Assembly: GCA_964609465.1 (NCBI GenBank)
Contig: CAZSSQ010000001.1
Location: 1 to 57,429 of the forward strand
Length of the DNA: 57,429 nt
Reading direction: 5' to 3'
DNA from: an uncultured Dehalococcoidia bacterium
GTDB lineage: Bacteria > Chloroflexota > Dehalococcoidia > DSTF01 > JALHUB01
Positions within the stretch are counted from its first letter, which is position 1, and each line of letters begins with the position of its first letter. This document shows, piece after piece, positions 9,627 through 18,583 of this stretch. Under the pieces are notes generated by a model. The model saw nothing but the letters and a program-made list of their open reading frames with translations, was not told where the DNA came from and did not search any database. The translations under genes were made by a program, and so were the position numbers.

Positions 9627-10850
9627 TCAGCCGGCCGGGTATTGGGTCGTGGCATCGGGGTAGACAGCTACTTTGGCGCCGTCAGGGTACTGGCTCTCCA
9701 GGGCTTCCCGGACCTCGCCCCAGTTCTTGGCCCAGGTAACAGACTTGGGGTTGCCGAACATGTCGACGCAGGTGAGGTCCTTGAGGGGATTAAGGACGAT
9801 GGTTTTGAACTGCGGCGGCAGCGTGCGGGCGGAGAAGAGACGGCCGCCGTACTCAGTACCGAAGCTGCGCATCGAGTAGTGAACCACCTGACCGGTCGGC
9901 GAGTTCATGATGATCACCAGGGTACCGCCACCGAGCCCCAGGGCCCTCAGCGCCGTCCCTACGGCAACGAAGGCCTCATTGGGCTTGAGATAGGCGTTGG
10001 CGACCAGCACGTTCAGCCCCGGAATGCGCTCGGTGGCGTAGACCTCCTTTGCCAGCTTGGCCGCCTCCCGGTGCTCCTCCACCGGGTCTCCGGTGAAGAG
10101 GGCGGTTATTTCGCCCTTCAGGTTCACCAGGCAGTCGGCGGTGAAGTCGAGGCCCGCCAGCTTGCACGCCTCCTCGAAGTCCATCCGCATGACGTTCTGG
10201 TCGTAGTTCCCGGGCCCGATGGTCTCGGGGGCGGTGAAGGGCACCTTGCCGTGGAAGTGGGTGATGCTATCGATATGGGCGACGCCGGGAAGAATGATCT
10301 TACCGCCGCCGCCGAAGCCGACCTGCGGGTGGGGCAGGACGCAGCCGATGCCGATCTTCAGGTCGCAGCGCATGACTTCCCGGTTCACGGCCAGGCACGT
10401 GCCCTGGCTGGTGGTGCCTACCTCGACGCAGTTCTCGTATGAATTGTGGTTGTAGACGGGGAAGCGCTCCAGGATCTCCTGGCCCAGCTTGAGGCGGTGG
10501 GCGACGTTGTCGTGAGCGCCGTGCGTGCCCACGGCAGCTATGAAACGGATCTGGTCGTCGGCGATGCCGGCCGCGGCCAGTTCCTTTAGGACGTAGGAGG
10601 CGATCTGATAGGTGCGGGTAGGGCGGGTGGTGTCGTCGAACAGGATGGCGACTTCCTTTCGCCCTCGGGCCAGCTCTCTGAGCGGCGGTGTCCCGATGGG
10701 ATTGTCGAAGGCCTTCTGCATCTCCTTTGGGCTCAGTGGGGGACGGTCGTGTCCTTTCGGCTGACAGAAGTGGACTTCCCACGAGTCTGGGAAGTCCAGC
10801 TCCAGCTCTGACGGCTTGTGCCAGTAGAGCTGTGGGACGCGTACCTTCAT
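9627..10850 (-). CDS. LarA-family (lactate racemase-like, nickel-pincer cofactor dependent) protein
   Basis: 407 aa. The N-terminal domain pattern is typical of LarA/DUF2088: KEVAILFDDTTRPT...IRFIAAVGTHGAHD...GIGCVLPHPQVGFGGGGKII. Confidence 0.7.
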   Translation of the reverse strand: MKVRVPQLYWHKPSELELDFPDSWEVHFCQPKGHDRPPLSPKEMQKAFDNPIGTPPLRELARGRKEVAILFDDTTRPTRTYQIASYVLKELAAAGIADDQIRFIAAVGTHGAHDNVAHRLKLGQEILERFPVYNHNSYENCVEVGTTSQGTCLAVNREVMRCDLKIGIGCVLPHPQVGFGGGGKIILPGVAHIDSITHFHGKVPFTAPETIGPGNYDQNVMRMDFEEACKLAGLDFTADCLVNLKGEITALFTGDPVEEHREAAKLAKEVYATERIPGLNVLVANAYLKPNEAFVAVGTALRALGLGGGTLVIIMNSPTGQVVHYSMRSFGTEYGGRLFSARTLPPQFKTIVLNPLKDLTCVDMFGNPKSVTWAKNWGEVREALESQYPDGAKVAVYPDATTQYPAG

Positions 10851-11113
10851 GAAGTCACCTCTCTATGCACGGCTTGCGGGTCGGCTGGACCGAATCTAGC
10901 ACAGGCGTCGTTAGCCCTGACTACTGCCAATTGGCCCATTTCCTTGGTCATCTGGAGGATAGTACACCCGGCGGCCGGCGGTCAAAGGCGCTGCGCGGAC
11001 GGCTGCGGACCGGGCCGGCAGGGGGCTCCCGGTCGAGGGGATTTCCCTGATTGACGCGTCTCCCCGCAACCGGAATCATGGTACCTGGAGCTAGCCTCTG
11101 TCGGGCGTTTTCT

Positions 11114-12238
11114 ATGCGGGTTGGTATCTACCTTGTACCGCTGCTTGACCACGTTACAGGCCGCGAGAGGGGCATGCAGGGTCTCTTGGACGCTCTTGCC
11201 CGCCTCGACGGGGCCAACGACTACTATCTCTTCGTGAGGCCCGGAAACCGGCGGCTCTTCCAGCGTCCTGAGCCCAACTTTCACACCGTAGTGGTCCGGC
11301 TTCCCTCCCTGCCCTCGCGACGGCTGTGGCAGTTGGGTCACCTCTACCTGGCCCGCTGGGCTCACCGCCTGGACGTCATCGACCTGCCGGAGTCGCCCAT
11401 GCCCGGCTTCTTCTCCAAGAGGGCCGTGGCCATGGTCCACGATATCACGCCGGTGCTCTTCCCCTCTCTTCTTCCGCCCAAGGGACGTTTGTTCTACCGG
11501 AGGGCTCTCACGCTCGGCATCAAGCGCCTGGGCCGGATCACGGTGCCTTCGCAGTGCACCAAGAACGACCTGGTGACGCATCTCTCGGCCGATCCCGGCA
11601 AGGTGACGGTGGTCTCCCGGGGCGTGGACCCACGGTTCCAGACGGCCCGGCATCTCGAGCCGATAGCCGCGGTGAAGCGGAAGTATCGCCTGCCCGACCG
11701 GTTCATCCTCTACGTGGGGACGCTGGAGCCACGCAAGAACCTGGCCCGCCTCATCGGCGCCTATCGCCGGCTGAGGGAAGAGGGGGCGTGCCACGCGCTG
11801 GTTATCGCAGGCGCCAGGGGCTGGCTCTGCGACGACGTATTTGAGGCCGCCGGCCGCGACGGCTTGAGAGAGCATATCATCTTCACCGGGCACGTGGGCG
11901 AGGACGACCTGCTGGCCCTCTACCAGTCGGCCGACGTCTTTGCCTACCCTTCCCTGTACGAGGGGTTCGGCCTCCCCGTGCTGGAGGCCATGGCCTGCGG
12001 CGTGCCCGTGGTCTGCTCGGACCGGGGCTCCCTGCCCGAGGCGGCCGGCGACGCTGCCCTCCTGGTGGACCCCACCGACGAGTCAGCGATTGCGGCTGCC
12101 CTGGCCAGGGCCCTGCGCGACGATGACCTCCGTCGGGAGCTGGTGGCCAGAGGCCTGCGCCGGGCGCGGGAGTTCACCTGGGACAGGGTGGCGCGGAGCT
12201 TCCTATCGGTCTACCAAGAGGTGGCCGCCGGACGATGA
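11114..12238 (+). CDS. Glycosyltransferase family 4
   Basis: C-terminal GT-B signature YPSLYEGFGLPVLEAMACGVPVVCSDRGSLPEAAGDAALLVDP. The track ORF begins at 11051. I prefer the in-frame ATG at 11114 (MRVGIYLVP...), which matches a typical GT4 N-terminus. Confidence 0.8.
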   Translation: MRVGIYLVPLLDHVTGRERGMQGLLDALARLDGANDYYLFVRPGNRRLFQRPEPNFHTVVVRLPSLPSRRLWQLGHLYLARWAHRLDVIDLPESPMPGFFSKRAVAMVHDITPVLFPSLLPPKGRLFYRRALTLGIKRLGRITVPSQCTKNDLVTHLSADPGKVTVVSRGVDPRFQTARHLEPIAAVKRKYRLPDRFILYVGTLEPRKNLARLIGAYRRLREEGACHALVIAGARGWLCDDVFEAAGRDGLREHIIFTGHVGEDDLLALYQSADVFAYPSLYEGFGLPVLEAMACGVPVVCSDRGSLPEAAGDAALLVDPTDESAIAAALARALRDDDLRRELVARGLRRAREFTWDRVARSFLSVYQEVAAGR

Positions 12239-12286
12239 ACGTAGCCGGCATCATGAGGCGCGCCATCCGTTTCGCTGAACCTGGCG

Positions 12287-13504
12287 CTACGGCAGGTAGG
12301 AGAGGGGGTCCCGGCGCACGCCGTTGTCGATGACCTCGAAGTGGAGGTGGTTGCCGGTGCAGTGGCCGGTGCACCCCACGATGCCCAGCGGCTGTCCCTG
12401 CCGCACCCTCTGCCCCTCGGTCACGCTGATGGACTCCAGGTGGGCGTAGAGAGTGATGATGCCTTCCGTGCTATCGACGATGACGTATAGCCCGTAAGAG
12501 CAGCAGGGGTCGCCGCCGGCGAAGACGACCACGCCGTCTGTGGCCGCCACGATCGAGCCTTCCGACTGCCCGATGTCTATTCCCAGCGGGTGGCTGGGCC
12601 CAAAGTAGCTTGTGATGGGGCCCAGGGCCGGCCAGACCAGGCGCCGACGCTGGTCTTCCTGCAGAAGCGACGTGCGGTACTTCTGGAAGAACTGGTGGAT
12701 ACCATCTGCCAGGCCTTGAGCCAGGGCTTGGCCCTTGCTGTCGCCGGCGGCGGAGGCCGGGACCTCCAGAAGCACCGTCGTCATCCGCGCCCGACCGGCC
12801 AGCAGGACGCCGCAGTCGAACGCCTCGGGGTCCGCGATGTCGCCGTCCCCCTGGTTCACGTTGGGTAAGCCGGTCGCCGCGAGACTTCTCAGGAGCAGGT
12901 CGGCCAGTTGGCCGCCAAGAGAGCCTTTCACCTGGCAGAACCAGGCCTCGAGGCCTGTGTCGGCGTTCGCGCCGGCGGCAGGTCGAATGGCAACGTAGGC
13001 GTCGGGCCGGAGGGGGCCAGCGCCGTTGTCGGCAGCGTCTCCCTCCAGCAGAGTGACATCGTAGCCCTGAGCCTCCAGGCTTTGCTTTGTGAGAAGCGCT
13101 ACTTCCACCGTGTCCGCCGAGGCGGATGTGCCCACGTCCAGGACAGCGGCCAGGCGCCGCCTGGCGGTAAGGCTGGCTTGGGAACGTTCTGACGCACGCG
13201 TCTGTCCCGACACGGGGCGAGCGCGGGTGGCTGGCAGGGCTTCGCTGGGTGCCGGATAGCGGATGGCAGGCGTGGCCTGGGGGGCCGTCGGACCGGGCGA
13301 TGTCTGTGTGGTCGCCCGCACCGGCTGTAAGGGTTGCGCCTCGTCCGGGATATCGCGCGGTTGTGTCGGCGAGCCTGTCTCGCCATCAGGTGGACCGGCC
13401 TGCGCTCGGGCGGCCTGTAGAGACACGATGATGACGCCGACAGCCAGGACCGCCGTCAGCACGGCGATGGCGCGAACCGTTGCCGTCCACAGAGCCGCAA
13501 GCAT
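12287..13504 (-). CDS. Membrane-anchored M23 (LytM-type) metallopeptidase with a central degenerate amidase_3-like domain; last gene of the archaellum gene string
   Basis: The N-terminal TM helix is IAVLTAVLAVGVIIVSL. The C-terminal M23 motifs are SHPLGIDIG and GCTGHCTGNHLHFEV. The central region AVLDVGTSAS...PDAYVAIRPAA...GLEAWF...TTVLLEVPAS...LADGIHQFF aligns by eye to the N-acetylmuramoyl-L-alanine amidase (Amidase_3) fold, but the two His zinc ligands read T and R. The start lies 6 nt after the upstream gene's stop. Confidence 0.85.
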   Translation of the reverse strand: MLAALWTATVRAIAVLTAVLAVGVIIVSLQAARAQAGPPDGETGSPTQPRDIPDEAQPLQPVRATTQTSPGPTAPQATPAIRYPAPSEALPATRARPVSGQTRASERSQASLTARRRLAAVLDVGTSASADTVEVALLTKQSLEAQGYDVTLLEGDAADNGAGPLRPDAYVAIRPAAGANADTGLEAWFCQVKGSLGGQLADLLLRSLAATGLPNVNQGDGDIADPEAFDCGVLLAGRARMTTVLLEVPASAAGDSKGQALAQGLADGIHQFFQKYRTSLLQEDQRRRLVWPALGPITSYFGPSHPLGIDIGQSEGSIVAATDGVVVFAGGDPCCSYGLYVIVDSTEGIITLYAHLESISVTEGQRVRQGQPLGIVGCTGHCTGNHLHFEVIDNGVRRDPLSYLP

Positions 13505-13510
13505 AGCCGG

Positions 13511-14053
13511 CTAAGCAGCCCTCTCCTGCTTCTGAGGGTTCTCAACTCCCGCGGCTTGCCTCCCCAGGAGGTCGTTGCGGATGGAGCGGGCTACGGCCAG
13601 GAGATCCACTGCCGGCAGGTCTTCCAGGTCATCCTTCAGCACCGGCGCCGTGAACGTACGCTTGGCGCTAGCCCTGAACATGTGCATCGGGTCATCTGAA
13701 GAGCCCTCCTCCGTCTGGGGCTCTTCACCCACACTCTCTGGTGCCTGGCTCTCGGGCGCTGGCGACTCCTCCGTCTGGTCCGGGGACTTATCTTCGCCGG
13801 TGAGAAGCTGTCCAGCCTCGTCTTCGGCGGGCCTGGCCTCCCCCTGGGACGGCGGGTCTGCCATCTCTCCCTCCACTGCTGGCACGTTGACCTGGGGAGC
13901 ATCCGCCTCCGGCGTCCCTGCTAGCGTGGCCCCCTCTGCGTCTCCGGGGAGAGAGGGTATCATGAGAAGACCGTTCTCTTCGGCGCCAAACTCGTCCTGC
14001 TCTTCGTTCTGGTCCTCGTCGGGGGTCTTCAGCAGCCGTGTCAGGAATCTCAT
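13511..14053 (-). CDS. Hypothetical acidic, low-complexity (E/D/P/A-rich) protein with a short conserved-looking C-terminal segment
   Basis: 180 aa ORF, 16 nt downstream of the arlJ stop and 6 nt upstream of the M23 gene. The composition is plausibly disordered and I recognise no family. Coding status rests mainly on its tight operon fit and the absence of a competing ORF. Confidence 0.5.
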   Translation of the reverse strand: MRFLTRLLKTPDEDQNEEQDEFGAEENGLLMIPSLPGDAEGATLAGTPEADAPQVNVPAVEGEMADPPSQGEARPAEDEAGQLLTGEDKSPDQTEESPAPESQAPESVGEEPQTEEGSSDDPMHMFRASAKRTFTAPVLKDDLEDLPAVDLLAVARSIRNDLLGRQAAGVENPQKQERAA

Positions 14054-14069
14054 GGGGTATTACCTCCCT

Positions 14070-15629
14070 TCACTGTCCTGGTGATACCGGGGTGGCGGCT
14101 ATGTTCTGGAAGAGCACCGACACCATGGCAGGTATGACGATGATGGCGATGCCGGACATGAACATCATTATTGCTGCGAACAGGCAGAGCTTGTAGCGAT
14201 TTCCGCCTCCGGCCGCGTAGGGCGCGAAGCTGTTCGCTGCCGTCAACACTAGGATCATCATGCCGACGAAGAGGCTGATGAAGTGCATGTTGGGGGCAGA
14301 GTACAGGAGCATGTTGCTCACGCCCGCCTCGGACATGATGTCGCTGTTGAGGCTCTGGTCCTGGACCTTGGCCAGCTCGGCGCCGAATATGCGCATCACT
14401 TCCGTGATGAACAGCATGATGGATAGGAGAACGGCGTGGAGCGGAACCACCACCCATGCAAAGGTGGAGGACACCAGCTTGCGGGTGGACCGCTGCAGCG
14501 CCACCTTCTGTGCGAAGGTGGAAGCCAGGGAGCCCACTCGGCTGGCGTCGCCGCCCAGTCGCAGGCCGTCCCAGAAGACGCGCACGGAGCGGCTCACCAG
14601 CTCTGACCCTGTCTCACCGGCGAAGCGCAGCCAGCAGAGCTGCGGCGATATGTTGTTGCCCAGCCTCACGTAGAGACGGCGCACGTTGGGCTCCAGAGCG
14701 CCCAGGGAGCGCCGGTTGAGTCGGCTCAGGCCCTCGCCCACGGTGGTTCCCACGGCGCCCATCACGCCGCCCAGAGCGCGCAGGAAGGTGGCGATGTCTT
14801 GGTCGCGGGCGTCCACCTTCCAGTCATCGCGGAAGGCCACGTAGCCCAGCGGTGCCAGAACCAGCGCGCTCCCGATGAGGGCCGGACCCAACCCGAAGGT
14901 GAAGCCCAGCACGGCGCCGAAGACGGCCGCCACCGGCAGCAGGATCTGGCTCAGCCGCGCCATCTGGTATTGCTCCGGCGACTTTCTCGCCAGATGATGC
15001 GTTTTCACCTCGTGAGGGGCGACGCTGAAGATGACCCAGCTTCCGGCTATGGTCACTAGCAGCACGACGAAGGCCAGGCCGACGATGACGCCCGCCCCCA
15101 TGGAGTAGATCATCATCGAGACCATGGAGATGACTACGATGAGGGTGCAGGAGACCATGAGGGCTACGTAGGCGTCCGCCCACTTGCGCAGCGATTCCAT
15201 GTCCCGCTCGTACTTCTTGCCGTAGAGCTCCAGTTGGACCTCGGTCTCTCGGCCCAGGAACTCTTCTTCCGGCTCGCCGGCCGAAAGAGCGGTGGACAGG
15301 CGAAGGAGCAGGTTCTGCACATTCTCCGGCCCCGTCGTTTCCGCCACCATTTCGCAGGCGTGCGAATAGTCGTAGTTCAGGCGTTGCGCCACCCGGTGGA
15401 CGCGGCGAAAGAAGCGGGAGGTGCTGTAGTCCAGCCGGCCCGTTCCTTCGAAGAGCCTATCACGCGATATGCCTGCCGTCGCCGCGGCCGACATGTGGGT
15501 GAGCTGGCTGATGAGGTCGAAGTCCAGGGGCTCCCGGCTGAAGAGGGAGGACGCCGCTGGACTCTCCTCATGCGGCTCGCTAGATGAGGCCTTCCCGTCC
15601 CGCCTGAGAAAAGACTTGATAGAGATCAT
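14070..15629 (-). CDS. arlJ: Archaellum platform membrane protein ArlJ (FlaJ; T2SS-F/TadC-like)
   Basis: 519 aa polytopic protein with two cytoplasmic T2SSF-like repeats (...NYDYSHACEMVAETTG...LLRLSTALSAGEPEEEFL...). It follows arlI directly, and its ATG at 15629 overlaps the arlI 3' end by 50 nt. Confidence 0.85.
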   Translation of the reverse strand: MISIKSFLRRDGKASSSEPHEESPAASSLFSREPLDFDLISQLTHMSAAATAGISRDRLFEGTGRLDYSTSRFFRRVHRVAQRLNYDYSHACEMVAETTGPENVQNLLLRLSTALSAGEPEEEFLGRETEVQLELYGKKYERDMESLRKWADAYVALMVSCTLIVVISMVSMMIYSMGAGVIVGLAFVVLLVTIAGSWVIFSVAPHEVKTHHLARKSPEQYQMARLSQILLPVAAVFGAVLGFTFGLGPALIGSALVLAPLGYVAFRDDWKVDARDQDIATFLRALGGVMGAVGTTVGEGLSRLNRRSLGALEPNVRRLYVRLGNNISPQLCWLRFAGETGSELVSRSVRVFWDGLRLGGDASRVGSLASTFAQKVALQRSTRKLVSSTFAWVVVPLHAVLLSIMLFITEVMRIFGAELAKVQDQSLNSDIMSEAGVSNMLLYSAPNMHFISLFVGMMILVLTAANSFAPYAAGGGNRYKLCLFAAIMMFMSGIAIIVIPAMVSVLFQNIAATPVSPGQ

Positions 15630-17319
15630 AGAAGTTTGTTCTGCCGTCCTGGCTCAGCTTCTGGATCAGGCTGGCTCGGCGCTCCAGTTCATCGTAGACG
15701 GCCCGCTTGTTGCGGGTGTCCAGGCCGCGCCTAGGCGCGATAACCTGCTCCAGGAGGTAGCTGTTGCCGCTGCCCGTAAACTCGAAGATGTCCCTGGAGG
15801 AGTCCCAGCGGAAGATTTCGATGAAGGAGAACGAATCGGTATCAGAGTCGTAGTCGATGATCTCACTGATAGAGACGATGCGCCGACCCATCTTGCCGTC
15901 CGGCAGCCGTACAGAGCTACAGAGGACCACGACGTTCAGGTTGTCCATGTAGACCTTGGGCACGTTGATAGGATGGCCGGTGAGACGCTGGATTAGCTTC
16001 TCCACCGTGGAGGCGTGAAAGGTGGCCATGACGGCGTGCCCGGTCTGCATAGCCTGGAAGGCGATTGCTCCCTCCTCGCCACGGATCTCGCCCACCAGGA
16101 TGGCGTTGGGCCGCTGGCGCAGGGCGGCCTTCAGCAAGCTGAACATCGTCACGGACGAGTCGTCGTCGGCCATGCTGCCCCGGACCACCTCTCGGATCCA
16201 GTTTGGGTGCGGCACCTGAAGCTCCGGCGTGTCCTCTATGCTCACGATCTTGGCCCAGGGCTGGATGAAGCCCGAGATGGCGTTGAGCAGGGTCGTCTTA
16301 CCGGAGGCCGTCTCCCCCGAGACGAAGACGTTCATGCCCTCATTCACAGTCAGCCAGAGGTATGCCGCCATGTGGCAGTCCAGGCCGCCGCCCCCCATGA
16401 TGTCCGTGATGCTCAGAGGTGTGGAGGTGAACTTGCGGATGGTGAAGTTGCTACCACGCTTGGACACGTCACCCCCGTAGACGATGTTGATACGCGAGCC
16501 GTCGGGCAGGGTGGCATCGACGATGGGGTTCCTGTAGGTGACGGGCCTGTTGATCTTCTCCGAGAGGCGGATGACGAACTCGTCCAGGGCCTCCGTGCGC
16601 TCGAAGGAGACAGAGCTCTTGAGGCCCTTGAAGATCTTGTGCTCGATGAAGAGGAGTCCCAGGCCGCTGCAACTGATGTCCTCGATGTAGGGGTCATGGA
16701 TCAGAGGCTCCAGGACGCCGAGGCCGATCTTGTCGCGGACCAGCAGGTACTCCAGGCCGGCAAACTGCCTGCCGGTGACGGGAATCTTGCCGCCTGACTT
16801 TGCCGGGCGCGAGAAGAGACCGCCGCCAGACTTCTTCCCATTGGAGCGTTTGCCTCCCCCGTTGCTCGTCACCGCGCAGTTCTCCTGGACGGCCTGCCGC
16901 AGGACTTCGGCCTTGGCTTCCGACGTTTCGGCGCGCTCCAGCGCATCCACATAGTCCATGAGCCGGCGCTCTAGCTGGTCCAGGATGGGCTCCAAGTCCC
17001 CTACGGACGAAGGCTCGATGGCGATGTAGTAGTCGCGCGCATCCGCGGCGTCGGGAAAGATGTGCACGAAGAGGTCATCGGACACTGGATAGATCAGGTT
17101 GGGGTGTTTCAGGTCGCCCAGCTTTCGGTTGAGTTCAGGGTAATACTCTGGCATCCCCACCTCAGCGATGGGCACTTGATGCAGATACTCCAAGAGGTGC
17201 GGCGCTTGGGCCGTCCTTTCCTGAAGGGCTGGGGGCAGCAGCCCGTGAAGGCTGCACTGCTCAGCCCCTGCCCCATGCTGATGGCTTGTGCCCTCGCTGC
17301 TGAAGGGGAGATTCTTCAT
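15580..17319 (-). CDS. arlI: Archaellum assembly/motor ATPase ArlI (FlaI; VirB11/T2SS-E superfamily)
   Basis: Walker A is VSGETASGKTTLLNA and Walker B / catalytic Glu is PNAILVGEIRGEE. The His box region reads TGHAVMATFHA. The start overlaps the arlH stop in an ATGA junction. Confidence 0.9.
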   Translation of the reverse strand: MKNLPFSSEGTSHQHGAGAEQCSLHGLLPPALQERTAQAPHLLEYLHQVPIAEVGMPEYYPELNRKLGDLKHPNLIYPVSDDLFVHIFPDAADARDYYIAIEPSSVGDLEPILDQLERRLMDYVDALERAETSEAKAEVLRQAVQENCAVTSNGGGKRSNGKKSGGGLFSRPAKSGGKIPVTGRQFAGLEYLLVRDKIGLGVLEPLIHDPYIEDISCSGLGLLFIEHKIFKGLKSSVSFERTEALDEFVIRLSEKINRPVTYRNPIVDATLPDGSRINIVYGGDVSKRGSNFTIRKFTSTPLSITDIMGGGGLDCHMAAYLWLTVNEGMNVFVSGETASGKTTLLNAISGFIQPWAKIVSIEDTPELQVPHPNWIREVVRGSMADDDSSVTMFSLLKAALRQRPNAILVGEIRGEEGAIAFQAMQTGHAVMATFHASTVEKLIQRLTGHPINVPKVYMDNLNVVVLCSSVRLPDGKMGRRIVSISEIIDYDSDTDSFSFIEIFRWDSSRDIFEFTGSGNSYLLEQVIAPRRGLDTRNKRAVYDELERRASLIQKLSQDGRTNFYDLYQVFSQAGREGLI

Positions 17320-18032
17320 GCCTTGGCTCTAGTCATTGGTATGATGCGCATGCCCAAGCCGGGCTCGACGTCAAAGGCGATGACGTTGCCGGTATTCTGG
17401 TCGGCCCCCCGGACCTTAGATACCTCCATCTCCTTCAGGAGCTGAGTGCCTATCTCCCCCACCCTCAACCGCAAGTAGGCGTCGCAGATGGAGCGGATGC
17501 GGATGAACATAGCCTCGCTGAACGCGTAAGAGTGCATGGTCAGGAGCAAGGTCTTGTTCTGGTCGCACAAGTCTTTGACCGCCATGAAGAAGGAGAGAGT
17601 CTCCTGCTCAGGGATGCTGGTCATGAAGACGCTGAGCGAATCGAAGGCCAGGAGCTCACGGTCCTCCGTCATCCTTGTCATGTGATCGAGGGCGAACCGA
17701 AGCATCGCGCGAGCCTCGTCCTCCGTGGGGGCGGAGCGCATAGGATAGATGTTTATACGACCCAAGAGGAAGAAGTCGGTAATGTCCTGGTTGAGGCTCT
17801 TCATCTGCCGGAGGAGGCTGTGGATGGTGTTCTCTGTGGTGTAGTAAGCCACCCGTCTGCCATCCCGAAGGGCGCCCCACACCAACTGCTGAGTCAGCAC
17901 GCTCTTGCCTGCCTCGGACTGGCCCTCGATGAGGGTCAGCGAGCCCTCCGGGATGCCGCCGGCCATCTTCTTGTCCAGCTCGGCGTTACCGGTGGAGATA
18001 TAGTGGCGCTTGTGTTCCGGCTCCTCGGTCAT
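17316..18032 (-). CDS. arlH: Archaellum KaiC/RecA-like ATP-binding protein ArlH (FlaH)
   Basis: 238 aa. ISTGNAELDKKMAGGIPEGSLTLIEGQSEAGKSVLTQQL is a RecA/KaiC-type Walker A context. The position immediately upstream of arlI is canonical. Confidence 0.85.
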   Translation of the reverse strand: MTEEPEHKRHYISTGNAELDKKMAGGIPEGSLTLIEGQSEAGKSVLTQQLVWGALRDGRRVAYYTTENTIHSLLRQMKSLNQDITDFFLLGRINIYPMRSAPTEDEARAMLRFALDHMTRMTEDRELLAFDSLSVFMTSIPEQETLSFFMAVKDLCDQNKTLLLTMHSYAFSEAMFIRIRSICDAYLRLRVGEIGTQLLKEMEVSKVRGADQNTGNVIAFDVEPGLGMRIIPMTRAKA

Positions 18033-18070
18033 GGTTCACCTGCCTTGTTAATGTATCGGCCACGTCTCAC

Positions 18071-18571
18071 TTACCCTGTGAACGTGGTGGAGACGGTGAC
18101 GCCCAGGTCCGTAGCGACGAGGAGGCGGTTGGTGGTACCGCCGCCCGCCGGCGGATCAAGCCAGATGCGCATCCTGAGGGTCTCCCCCGGGTTGAGGATG
18201 CCCGGCTCAAAGGCGTCGTTGATGATGTTCTGGACGGTCCAGGTGTTGGGCGCCAGGGCGCCGTTCGTGTAAGGGATCCAGGCCAGCGCGGGGCTGCCGC
18301 CGCCGGTGGTGTACTGCACGAGCACGTCCATGCGGTCATAGCCGGCCAAGGTGGTGCTGCCGTCATTCTGAAGATCTGCGTCCACATAGGGGCTGCTTGA
18401 GGTCACGTTGGTGATGGTGAGCCGGGTGTGCATCTGTTCGGCGGAGCGGGTTTCCATCTCCTTCCAGAGCTGTCCCATCTCATCAACAGACCGGTAACCT
18501 GACCGGGCCAGCACCATGGCGGACACCATCAGAATGGCGGCGATGACGGCGGCTGGTATGCTGGTCTCCAT
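18071..18571 (-). CDS. arlG: Archaellum stator/periplasmic component ArlG (FlaG)-like
   Basis: 166 aa with an N-terminal hydrophobic helix (IPAAVIAAILMVSAMVLA) followed by a beta-rich, archaellin-like soluble domain. The assignment relies mainly on the canonical position between arlF and arlH. Confidence 0.6.
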   Translation of the reverse strand: METSIPAAVIAAILMVSAMVLARSGYRSVDEMGQLWKEMETRSAEQMHTRLTITNVTSSSPYVDADLQNDGSTTLAGYDRMDVLVQYTTGGGSPALAWIPYTNGALAPNTWTVQNIINDAFEPGILNPGETLRMRIWLDPPAGGGTTNRLLVATDLGVTVSTTFTG

Positions 18572-18583
18572 GGCCTGGCGCTC

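Noticed and set aside
8568-10442. 624-aa plus-strand ORF spanning the FrhB-like and LarA-like genes
   Set aside because: It lies antisense to two ORFs that have clear family motifs. Its Gly/Ala/Arg/Val-rich, low-complexity composition is typical of spurious open frames in high-GC DNA, and I recognise no motif in it.
10982-11893. 303-aa minus-strand ORF overlapping the GT4 gene
   Set aside because: It lies antisense to a glycosyltransferase with an unambiguous GT-B signature. It is Arg/Pro/Gly-rich and has no domain features.
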